Below are positions 38,769 to 47,360 of a DNA stretch of 57,481 nt, piece by piece. The stretch's first letter is position 1, and every line of letters begins with the position of its first letter. Source of the stretch: Candidatus Campbellbacteria bacterium (GTDB lineage: Bacteria > Patescibacteriota > Minisyncoccia > Phycocordibacterales > CSBR16-193); NCBI GenBank assembly GCA_007117035.1, contig SKHG01000001.1, forward strand, positions 1-57,481, written 5' to 3'. The notes below the pieces were generated by a model. It was not told the origin of the DNA and ran no database searches. It saw nothing but the letters and a program-made list of their open reading frames with translations. Both the position numbers and the translations under genes were made by a program.

Positions 38769-39461
38769 TTAAATTCTATCTCGGTAGAAGTTTAGAATAG
38801 CTCTGAAATCAGCTTCGTCTCTTACTATAACAACTGTTTTATTATCAAGGTATCCATAAAGAACTCCGTTTATACGAGCGTAGCTGTTTAAAATATGTTG
38901 AGTTCTAAATCCTGTGTTTACAGAGGAGGTTATTCCAAAATCAGATAGACTCAATGGCAATGTGTTTTCAAAACTAAGCATCCCTTTTTGTAGACTAGCC
39001 TGATCAACTCCTTTTATTAAAACAAAAGGGAAAGATGTTCTTTGTTCAGAAAAATACCCTATCGAGATTCCCAGAGCTGATTTTCGAAGTTCGTTTGGCA
39101 CAGGTTCTTTTATCCTAGAGAAAAAAGAAGAAACTGAATGTAAGACTTTTCCGTCTATTGCTAGAAAGCTTATGTTTGCTCGCTTTTCTGACTCTAACGC
39201 TAATCTTGCAAAATGTAGAAAGTTTTGTTCAATAAATTCATGACTTTGAACTTCGACAGCGGTGTACGAGACAGGAATTACTGGTTTTTCAAAGACTTCT
39301 TCAGCTGAAAAAAAATTAATAAGGACAAGTAGAGTTATTCCAGAGAGTATTAAAACAAAAGCTAAAATAGATAAAATAAATTTCCAGTTTGCAATCTCTA
39401 CCTTTTCTGGTTCTGGATTAGAAAAGTATTGTTCAGTTTGTTGTGTGTTTTCTTCATTCAT
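38769..39461 (-). CDS. Hypothetical single-pass membrane protein
   Basis: TM at about aa 27-50; C-terminal GMLSFE and LYGYLDNKTVVI. Confidence 0.65.
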   Translation of the reverse strand: MNEENTQQTEQYFSNPEPEKVEIANWKFILSILAFVLILSGITLLVLINFFSAEEVFEKPVIPVSYTAVEVQSHEFIEQNFLHFARLALESEKRANISFLAIDGKVLHSVSSFFSRIKEPVPNELRKSALGISIGYFSEQRTSFPFVLIKGVDQASLQKGMLSFENTLPLSLSDFGITSSVNTGFRTQHILNSYARINGVLYGYLDNKTVVIVRDEADFRAILNFYRDRI

Positions 39462-39533
39462 ATCTGTATTATCGAATTAAGTGTAGAAAAAGTAAAGTAT
39501 TAATTAGATTTAGTTTTTTAGAGTAAACAAAAA

Positions 39534-39623
39534 TTGACTAAACCAGATTTTTGTGATATACATACATTTGATCGTTCTTTACACTAAAGAACAATAAACA
39601 AAAATAGAAAAGGAGGAAATTAG
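39534..39623 (+). promoter_or_regulatory. sigma70 promoter, boxA-like motif and RBS
   Basis: TTGACT (39534), 17 nt, TATACA (39557), then CGTTCTTTACAC, an A-tract and AGGAGG (39611). Confidence 0.7.
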
Positions 39624-40040
39624 ATGAACAGAATTGTTGTTATAGCAAATAAATATATCCTAAAAAGGCAATTAGTCTGGATAGTATCTTTGCTGTTGCT
39701 CTTGGTGGTGGTACTTCTTGTTACTATCCTAGGGCTTGTTCAAGTGAACAGGACTCTGGCACAGCAAGTTGAATCGCCTCTGGTTTTACAGACCGGAATC
39801 GAGACTCAAGCAAAGATGAGTCGGGCTGAAAATAAGTTAATCCAAGAAGGGCTTGAACATCTCAATGAGGAGTTCTCTTCTTTCAAGGAGGAAGTCCGGG
39901 ATATGCTCAAGGTCTCAAATGTAAAAAACCAACCTCAAGTTGGTCAGTACATAGATCAACCGAAAAAGCTGTCTTCTCTCACAGAGGAACTCGCCATCTT
40001 GAACGAAAGGCTCAGAGTCTCTCTCAATCCAAGGAGATGA
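39624..40040 (+). CDS. Orphan membrane-anchored coiled-coil protein
   Basis: Hydrophobic N-terminal helix, helical C-part, strong SD, own terminator. Confidence 0.75.
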   Translation: MNRIVVIANKYILKRQLVWIVSLLLLLVVVLLVTILGLVQVNRTLAQQVESPLVLQTGIETQAKMSRAENKLIQEGLEHLNEEFSSFKEEVRDMLKVSNVKNQPQVGQYIDQPKKLSSLTEELAILNERLRVSLNPRR

Positions 40041-40048
40041 CACTAAAC

Positions 40049-40083
40049 AAAACAGGAGGTTCTAACGAACTTCCTGTTTTTTC
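40049..40083. terminator. Intrinsic terminator
   Basis: AAAACAGGAG-GTTC-TAAC-GAAC-TTCCTGTTTT. Confidence 0.75.
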
Positions 40084-40125
40084 TATTAATTACTTGTTAA
40101 ACTGACTAAAAAATATAAACAGTAT

Positions 40126-42237
40126 CTATTTTTTAATAAAATCAGGATCTCTTTGTTTAATAGAGAGAGAAATTCTACCTTTTTCATCAACCTCCTTAAC
40201 TACAACCGGAACTCTATCCCCAACCTTAAGATAATCTTCAACTTTTTCAACTCTAAAAGATGCAATTTCCGAAACATGGACTAATCCGTCAGTGTTGGGC
40301 CCAATCTTTACAAATGCTCCAAAATCTACTATTCGAACAACCTCTCCTTCGATTTCATCACCTTTTTCATACTTTCGAACCAACTCCTCGATTGCTGTTT
40401 TAGTAAGTTGGCCTTTTTCTTGGTTTGGTGCAGTTATGTAAATTGAACCATCGTCCTCGATATCGATATCAGCTCCAGTAACATCTTTAATACCGTTTAT
40501 TGTTTTACCACCAGGCCCTATAACGGTACCAATATCTTTGGGATTGATTGAAAGTATTATAATAGATGGAGCATTAGGTGAAACCTCTTTTCTGGGTTCA
40601 ACTATCTCTTGTTCTATCACATCAAGGATCTGCAATCTAGCAGCTTTAGCTTTTTCCACAGTTTCTTTTATAGCTTCGAAAGAAATCTGTTCTAGTTTTG
40701 TGTCCATCTGGACAGCAGTTATACCTTTTCGGGTTCCAGCCACCTTACAGTCCATATCGCCGTAATGGTCTTCAGGGCCTTGGATATCTGTCAGAATTTT
40801 GTATTTATTAGAATCTTTTTGATCAACTACTAGTCCCATAGCAATTCCAGCTACAGGTGCTTTTATTGGCACTCCAGCATCCATCAGGGCTAGAGTTGAG
40901 CCACAGATTGAACCCATTGAGGTTGAGCCGTTAGAAGCCAATGCTTCTGAGACTATTCTGATTGTGTAAGGAAAGTCTTCTTTGGTTGGAATAACAGGAA
41001 TCATTGCTTTTTCAGCCAATGCTCCATGCCCGATCATTCTACGGTTCATCCCACCCATTCTTCCAGTTTCACCAACAGAAAATGGTGGAAAGTTGTAGTG
41101 GTGCATAAATCTTTTACTGTTGTTTCGAACTTCTATTCCATCAACTATCTGTGCGTCACTCGGTCCTCCCAAAGTTAAAGCTGAGAGAATATGAGTTCCT
41201 CCTCGATAAAATATTCCTGATCCATGTAGAATATTTGAGATTCCTCCAGCCTGAGCGTAGAGTGGACGAACTTCATCAATTTTTCTACCATCGGCTCTTT
41301 TATCTTCTTCTATTGCTCCAATATGAATCATCTCATCAACTTTTTGTTCGAAGTACTCTTTAGCCAGATCAATTTCTTGAATTTCGTTATCTTTCAAAAC
41401 TGTTTTCCACATATTTTTTAGTTCTGTAATTTTGTCTTTTCCTGGTGTTTTGCTAAAAACAAAAGGCGCCATCTTAGGTTCTATCTCCTTAGAAAACAGT
41501 TCCTTCACCTCTTCAGAAACCTCAGTTATATGAACAGTTCTTTTGTCTTTACCCATTTCCTGCACAATCTTTTTCTGAAAATCTTGTAGTTTCTGTAAAA
41601 CTAAACGACCTTTATCGAGAGCTAAGGATATATCGTTCTCAGATACCTCGTAGGCTCCAGCTTCGAGCATTGTAACACCATCCTCTTTTCCGCAGATTAC
41701 CATATCTAGATTTGAGCTGACCTCTTCCCTTTCAGGGTATGTTGGGTTTACTAAAATTGATCCGTCTTCAAGTTTTTTACCTATTCGAACCGCACTAACT
41801 GGACCGTTCCAAGGAATATCTGAAGTTGCTAGAGCTAATGATGTACCTAAAATTGAAAGAATATCAGGGTCATCCTCACCGATAGAAAGAACTGTGATAA
41901 CTATCTGTATTTCATTGCGAACCCGTTGGTCAAAAAGTGGTCTGATGGTTCGGTCAATCATACGAGCAGAAAGAATGGCTTCATCGGAAGGTCTTCCTTC
42001 GCGTCGCATAAATCTGCTACCTAAAATGACCCCAGCAGCATAGAATTTTTCCTCGTAGTCAACAGTTAAAGGGAAAAAAGGCATACTACTCTCTTCTTTT
42101 GACATCACTGCAGTTACCAACACTGTTGTGTCGCCTAATTTTATCAAAACACTCCCGTCTGCGTTTTCAGCAAGATCATTAAATTCAACATGTAGCTCTT
42201 TCCCTTCAATTTCGGTGGAGAAACTTTTTTTTTGCAT
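40126..42237 (-). CDS. pnp: Polyribonucleotide nucleotidyltransferase
   Basis: FFPLTVDYEE, HYNFPPFS, SNGSTSMGS and EDHYGDMD motifs; KH and S1 domains. Confidence 0.98.
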   Translation of the reverse strand: MQKKSFSTEIEGKELHVEFNDLAENADGSVLIKLGDTTVLVTAVMSKEESSMPFFPLTVDYEEKFYAAGVILGSRFMRREGRPSDEAILSARMIDRTIRPLFDQRVRNEIQIVITVLSIGEDDPDILSILGTSLALATSDIPWNGPVSAVRIGKKLEDGSILVNPTYPEREEVSSNLDMVICGKEDGVTMLEAGAYEVSENDISLALDKGRLVLQKLQDFQKKIVQEMGKDKRTVHITEVSEEVKELFSKEIEPKMAPFVFSKTPGKDKITELKNMWKTVLKDNEIQEIDLAKEYFEQKVDEMIHIGAIEEDKRADGRKIDEVRPLYAQAGGISNILHGSGIFYRGGTHILSALTLGGPSDAQIVDGIEVRNNSKRFMHHYNFPPFSVGETGRMGGMNRRMIGHGALAEKAMIPVIPTKEDFPYTIRIVSEALASNGSTSMGSICGSTLALMDAGVPIKAPVAGIAMGLVVDQKDSNKYKILTDIQGPEDHYGDMDCKVAGTRKGITAVQMDTKLEQISFEAIKETVEKAKAARLQILDVIEQEIVEPRKEVSPNAPSIIILSINPKDIGTVIGPGGKTINGIKDVTGADIDIEDDGSIYITAPNQEKGQLTKTAIEELVRKYEKGDEIEGEVVRIVDFGAFVKIGPNTDGLVHVSEIASFRVEKVEDYLKVGDRVPVVVKEVDEKGRISLSIKQRDPDFIKK

Positions 42238-42249
42238 TGTTATTATATA

Positions 42250-42777
42250 TTATTTTCTTCTTTGCCTTTTTTTGCCTAATAAATATCTTTTAGGGTCGTT
42301 ATCAAGATCAATAAAATCATCAGCAACCTCTTTTAGTTTAGCTGAAGAAGATTTTCCAAAAGAAAGAACCTCAACTTGGCAACCTTCGTTAATCTTAAGA
42401 TACTCAACTAACGGCACAAAATCTCCATCTCCAGACACTAAAATAACAGTGTCTAGTTTGGGAGCAGCTTTAATAGCGTCAACTGCTATTCCAACATCCC
42501 AGTCACCTTTCTTTGCCCCACCAACAAAAACCTGCAAATCCTTAGTTTTAGTTTCTATACCAAGTTTTTCTAAAGCATCAAAAAAGTTTTTCTCTTCTCC
42601 TGTTTCTGTTGTTATAACGTAAGCAATTGCGCGAATCAAAGCTCTGTCACCAACTCCGTCATTTACTATGTTTCCAAAATTGACCCTTGATCCGTAAAGG
42701 TTTTTGGCACTGTGGTATAGGTTCTGAGCATCAATAAAAACTCCTACTCTTTGTTCTTTATGTTTTATGACAGACAT
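42250..42777 (-). CDS. NYN domain (LabA/DUF88) protein
   Basis: FIDAQNLY, KGDWDVGIAVD, SGDGDF and ADDFIDL motifs. Confidence 0.92.
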   Translation of the reverse strand: MSVIKHKEQRVGVFIDAQNLYHSAKNLYGSRVNFGNIVNDGVGDRALIRAIAYVITTETGEEKNFFDALEKLGIETKTKDLQVFVGGAKKGDWDVGIAVDAIKAAPKLDTVILVSGDGDFVPLVEYLKINEGCQVEVLSFGKSSSAKLKEVADDFIDLDNDPKRYLLGKKRQRRK

Positions 42778-42801
42778 TTTATTTTAAAGAAAAAGACCAA
42801 T

Positions 42802-43077
42802 TTAGGCCTTTTTCTTTTTCAAATTTAGTTTTTTAACTACCTTTTCAAGCCTTTTGGGCGCTTTTTCTTTTAGATATTTCATGTGCTTTTGTCGATCAGC
42901 AACCATCTGTAAAAGTCCGCGTCTTGAATGACTATCTTTTTTATGTTTTTTAAGGTGAGAAGAAAGTTCCTCGATTCTTTCAGTTAGAATCGCAATCTGA
43001 ACCTCTGGAGAACCAGTATCCTTATCGTGAATTTTGGTTTTATCCATAACTCTCTCTTTCTTATTTTTTGTTATCAT
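42802..43077 (-). CDS. rpsO: 30S ribosomal protein S15 (ATG 43077)
   Basis: [13 protein letters not shown] and [12 protein letters not shown] motifs. Confidence 0.97.
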   Translation of the reverse strand: MITKNKKERVMDKTKIHDKDTGSPEVQIAILTERIEELSSHLKKHKKDSHSRRGLLQMVADRQKHMKYLKEKAPKRLEKVVKKLNLKKKKA

Positions 43078-43084
43078 AAGCGTT

Positions 43085-43136
43085 AAGTTACCACACGTCT
43101 GAAGTTTTTGCAAGTAAACTCAGGCCGTAGTAGAGT
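43085..43136. promoter_or_regulatory. Divergent promoters sharing one palindromic -35 (rpsO and xerC)
   Basis: TTGCAA (43108-43113) lies 17 nt from TAGAGT (+, 43131) and 17 nt from TGg-TAACTT (-, 43090-43085). Confidence 0.65.
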
Positions 43137-43142
43137 ATATTT

Positions 43143-44060
43143 ATGGAAAAAACGATTTCAAGACATATCACTGAATTTTTGGAATATGTGGAAATAGAAA
43201 GAGGTCGAAGTGCAAAAACTGTGGAAAACTATCACCACTACCTAAAAGTATTTTTTGATTTTACAAAAATTCGCAAAATTGAGGATATTAATGAAGACAA
43301 AGTCCGGTCTTTTCGAATTTGGCTAAATCGCCAACCAGGTCGAAACACTGGTCAAGGATTGGGTAGTATGAAAAAAAAGACCCAAAACTACTACCTAATA
43401 GCTCTGCGTTCCTTTTTAAAGTATATGGCTAAAAGAGAGATAAAAACCATGTCACCCGACAAAATAGAGTTAGCAAAGGTTTCTGAAAGAGATATCGATT
43501 TAATCTCAGCAGACGAGCTAAAACGACTAAGATTAGCGCCAAAAGGGGATAGTTTAAGGGCTTTGCGTGACAGAGCTATACTAGAACTTCTTTTTTCAAC
43601 AGGGATGCGAGTTTCTGAGATCTGTTCCTTGTCGCGTGACGACCTAGATCTTGATTCAGAGGAATTTTCTATTCGAGGTAAGGGGGAAAAGATAAGAGTT
43701 GTTTTTCTTTCAGCAGACGCAAGAGATGCTCTAAAAAATTATCTAGACAAAAGGGTAGACACAGATGATGCGCTTTTTATACAACTTAGTAAAAACCCAG
43801 GAACTCATAGCAACCTGAGGTTATCAACAAGGTCTGTTGAGCGAGTAGTAAAACATTGTGCTATTAAAGCAGGAATAACAAAGAAGGTTACACCACATGT
43901 TGTCCGGCATAGTTTCGCTACTGACCTTTTACGAAACGGAGCAGACCTGCGATCGGTCCAAGCGCTTTTAGGACACGCACATATTGCTACAACACAAATA
44001 TATACTCACGTTACAGACTCGCATTTAAAAGAGATATATAAAAAATATCACGACAGATAA
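43143..44060 (+). CDS. xerC: XerC/XerD-family tyrosine recombinase
   Basis: RDRAILELLFSTGMRVSE, GKGEKIR, TPHVVRHSFAT and LGHAHIATTQIY motifs. Confidence 0.9.
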   Translation: MEKTISRHITEFLEYVEIERGRSAKTVENYHHYLKVFFDFTKIRKIEDINEDKVRSFRIWLNRQPGRNTGQGLGSMKKKTQNYYLIALRSFLKYMAKREIKTMSPDKIELAKVSERDIDLISADELKRLRLAPKGDSLRALRDRAILELLFSTGMRVSEICSLSRDDLDLDSEEFSIRGKGEKIRVVFLSADARDALKNYLDKRVDTDDALFIQLSKNPGTHSNLRLSTRSVERVVKHCAIKAGITKKVTPHVVRHSFATDLLRNGADLRSVQALLGHAHIATTQIYTHVTDSHLKEIYKKYHDR

Positions 44061-44228
44061 AAATATTATTAAGGACACTAGTTGTCTTTTAGTTATCCAC
44101 ACCTTTGTCCTTTACAAATATTTAATGTCCTTTACAATGATTGGTAGGTGTTTGATGTCTTTTGTCGCGACCACAGCAAACATGCTCTTTCCTCAACAGT
44201 TCTTTTTTAGAGATTCTCTCGAGAGAAT

Positions 44229-45050
44229 AGTTTCATGTGTAACCTACAACAAAAACACACCTCTCAACAAACTCTTTTTTACTCTTGTTACACATGAAAC
44301 ATAACTAAACACCCCAGCTAGATTGTCTAAAGCTTCAGACTCTCTGTACTTGGGGTGTTTTCTTTTTCTGTATTTTTTGTTTCAGGATTTTGATAATAAT
44401 GTTTTACATGAAACACTAACTACCTGTTTTTCAATATAAAAGTACAAATTTTATGAATATTTCACGTGAAACAGACAGTTTTGTTTACTTTTAATGGTTT
44501 TTAGCCCTTTTTTATGTTTCACTTGAAACATTTTTTGAATTTAAGATTTTTGTAAATCCACGACAGTTGGTTTTTCTATATGTTCAGTAAATAGCACATC
44601 TTTTTCTTTTGGATATTTAGTCGGGAACTTTTTTCAGACAATAGATATTGTAAAATAGTTATCCTAGATATAGTTATTCTAGATTAATTTGTGTCGTAAT
44701 TTTTACTAGCTAGTAATTTAATTGCCAATGATCTTTTTTAGTTTATTAAATTAGAAATTTAATTTATGTTGAATTAACATAGAAATTTCTACAGAAAAAA
44801 TATTTAAATCGCATATGTTCTTTAATGATAAGAACTTACTGTTTTGAGTCAGTATAGAAAAACTTAGCAATAGGGAAATATATAATGTTTAATTGTTGAT
44901 TATCTGATTGTTTTGCATAATCTAACGATACTTCATACAACTAAGTTATTCTTCAAAATATTCATTGTTTGTTAATGAATTATCCCCTGTTTCACATGAA
45001 ACAGGGGATTCGTGTCTATTTGATTAGAAACCAATGTTCCACATGAAACA
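44229..45050. repeat. Cluster of seven parS-like palindromes
   Basis: Matches to TGTTTCACGTGAAACA at 44229, 44286, 44400, 44458, 44515, 44988 and 45035. Confidence 0.8.
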
Positions 45051-46532
45051 TTACTTAATACCGTATTTTCCTCTAATTTTTTTAACTTTCTGCTCTTCCT
45101 CCTCTTCTTTCTTGTTTTTTCCTCTTTCGCCAAGCTTTTTTAACTCCTTTTCTGATAGTTTAGACAGTTCTTGAGCTTTTTTTAGTAGATATTCTGTTTC
45201 GTTTAGTTTAGGATCTTCCAAAACCTCATCGAGTAGAATATGGAGGATGTGGCCGATAATTGGTCCTGGTTTTATCTGTAGATCTTTTTGTAGGTTGTTA
45301 CCGTCAATCTTTAGCATACCAACTGATATTGGATCAGACATTACTTCTTCAATCATTGATTGATACTTTCGAAGACGATAAGGTTCTTCTTTTGGTCTGC
45401 CGATAGCTACTCGATCAGCAATTCTTAGATTGATTAGATCCCAAACATTCTCTTTGCCAACATTGCTTATCATCCTTCTTACAGCCGAAAGGGTAATCTG
45501 TTCAGTATCTGAAAAAAACATATGCCAACGAATTAAGGTAACTACTTTATCAATTGTTTTTTTAGGAAATTTTAGTTTTTGTAGGATTTTCTTACTCATT
45601 CTTTCGCCAACCACCTCGTGTCCATAAAAGGTATAGTTATTTTTTCCTCCTTTTCGTCTAGTTCTAGGCTTACCAATATCGTGGAAAAGTGCAGCTAGAC
45701 GAATTTCTAGAGGCCAACCCTTGTCAGCAGTGTGTTGTAGGGCGACCAAAAGATGCATAAATACATCATATTTATGAGTTGCAGTTTGTTCCATTCCAAG
45801 ACCTTCTTCTAGTTCCGGAATTATTTCCTTTAAAACTCCTAGTTTTTGTGCAATCAATACAGACTCTGCAGGGCTGGGAGACATAACTATCCTAATAAGC
45901 TCATCTCGGATTCTCTCTTGAGCGATTTTATTTAAAATGCTGACATTTTCGGCTATAGCCTGGCTAGTTTCGTGCTCAATTGTAAAGTTCAGTTCTGCCT
46001 GAAGACGAATAGCTCTTAGAATTCTCAGACCATCTTCTTGGAATCTAAGGCGGGGGTCTCGAACTGCTTTTATCCTTCTTTTCTCAATATCTCTTAGGCC
46101 GTCAAACGGGTCAACTATTTTTAGGCTTGGCATATCAACAGCGATTGCGTTAATTGTGAAATCTCGCCTTTCTAAATCTTCTTCAATGTGTTGTCCCCAC
46201 TCTACAGAATCAGGTCTTCTTGAGTCTGAATATTCTGACTCAACACGAAACGGTGTAACCTCGATTATCTGTAAGGTTGGATTCTCCTCTTCCTCAAAAA
46301 CCACACCAACAGTTCCAAAATTATTTTCATAATGAGTGTGTGGAAAAATAGATATAATTTCTTCAGGGGTTGCGTTTGTGGTCACATCCCAGTCCTTTGG
46401 CATTTTACCGCGCAGTAGATCCCTAACACACCCTCCAACTAGATATGCTTCAAAGCCTTTTTCAACCAGAGTGTCAGTGACTTTGCGAGCCGTCTCAGGT
46501 ATTTGTTCTTTGCTGATCTTTTCCTTTTTCAT
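45051..46532 (-). CDS. cca: CCA tRNA nucleotidyltransferase with HD domain
   Basis: YLVGGCVRD, DWD, DLERRDFTINA, EDGLRILRA and FHDIGKP motifs. Confidence 0.93.
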   Translation of the reverse strand: MKKEKISKEQIPETARKVTDTLVEKGFEAYLVGGCVRDLLRGKMPKDWDVTTNATPEEIISIFPHTHYENNFGTVGVVFEEEENPTLQIIEVTPFRVESEYSDSRRPDSVEWGQHIEEDLERRDFTINAIAVDMPSLKIVDPFDGLRDIEKRRIKAVRDPRLRFQEDGLRILRAIRLQAELNFTIEHETSQAIAENVSILNKIAQERIRDELIRIVMSPSPAESVLIAQKLGVLKEIIPELEEGLGMEQTATHKYDVFMHLLVALQHTADKGWPLEIRLAALFHDIGKPRTRRKGGKNNYTFYGHEVVGERMSKKILQKLKFPKKTIDKVVTLIRWHMFFSDTEQITLSAVRRMISNVGKENVWDLINLRIADRVAIGRPKEEPYRLRKYQSMIEEVMSDPISVGMLKIDGNNLQKDLQIKPGPIIGHILHILLDEVLEDPKLNETEYLLKKAQELSKLSEKELKKLGERGKNKKEEEEEQKVKKIRGKYGIK

Positions 46533-46596
46533 AAATACTTCTCTATTCTATTACACCTTTTGTTTTTTTACGAATTTAATGTATGATTGTTTCACT

Positions 46597-46668
46597 GCAC
46601 CCGTGGTGAAATGGATATCACAACGGTCTTCGGAACCGTCGTTCCAGGTTCGAGTCCTGGCGGGTGCA
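46597..46668 (+). tRNA. tRNA-Arg(UCG), CCA not encoded
   Basis: GCACCCG acceptor; ACGGT-CTTCGGA-ACCGT anticodon arm; GGTTCGAGTCC T-arm. Confidence 0.95.
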
Positions 46669-47009
46669 CATAAATTAAGTTTTTAAAACACAGAAATCTT
46701 TTGCTGGAATTGTTCTGTACTCTTTATTATCGAACAGTTATTTTGAAATAATAACTACGGATATTATTCAATGTATTACTAAAGTTCTATTATTTTTTTG
46801 TAGAACATATTTTGTAAAAACTAAAAAAGGGAATCCTATATTTTTTAAAAACAACTCTTTGAATAAGTCATGATATAATCACTAGAGTAAGAAATGGAAA
46901 AATAAATTTATTTTGTGTTATATATTTAACTTGTTTCATATTTGAAAAAAAAGATGGTAGTATAGATGCGTGAAGTAAAGGGTAAATTTTTGAGTAACAA
47001 ATATTTCTT

Positions 47010-47083
47010 GCGAGCATAGTTTAACGGTAGAACGTCTGGTTGCCAATCAGATAATGGGGGTTCGATTCCCCCTGCTCGCACCA
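47010..47083 (+). tRNA. tRNA-Gly(GCC), CCA encoded
   Basis: GCGAGCA acceptor; TCTGG-TTGCCAA-TCAGA anticodon arm; GGTTCGATTCC T-arm. Confidence 0.95.
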
Positions 47084-47247
47084 AATAAAATAGATAGAGA
47101 TTTAAATTTTAAATCCTTGTTTGTAGAAAGTGAAACATAAAGATAATTTTTTTTGTGGGTTTATGGGTCAAAAACAAAAATTTTATTTTCTGTTTAAGGG
47201 TCAAAATCTTGTCCTTACTTTCTTGTTTTTTTAAAAAAGTGCCAAAT

Positions 47248-47318
47248 TTATCCACTTTTTAAGCCAAAACTGTGGATAACTCTGGGGATATGTGTATAAA
47301 AGGACAAAAAATGTCCGA
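47248..47318. promoter_or_regulatory. DnaA-box cluster plus GGACA-N5-TGTCC palindrome upstream of yraN
   Basis: TTATCCACT (47248), TGTGGATAA (47271), TGTGTATAA (47291) and AAGGACA-AAAAA-TGTCCG (47300). Confidence 0.55.
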
Positions 47319-47360
47319 AATATAGTAAAATATGAAAAAAGTTTAGTTAATAAGACTTTT

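Noticed and set aside
43143-44060. Tyrosine recombinase as a prophage or ICE integrase
   Set aside because: 305-aa XerC/D size and motifs, housekeeping neighbours, and no att repeats or phage genes.
44229-44530. Regularly spaced palindromic repeats could be a degenerate CRISPR array
   Set aside because: The repeats are only 16 bp, vary between copies, match the parS consensus, and no cas genes are present.
44745-44935. dif-like half sites near xerC (TTATGTTGAAT at ~44764, TTTTGCATAA at ~44911)
   Set aside because: Neither has a partner arm across a 6-bp spacer, and dif is expected at the terminus rather than near dnaA and parS.
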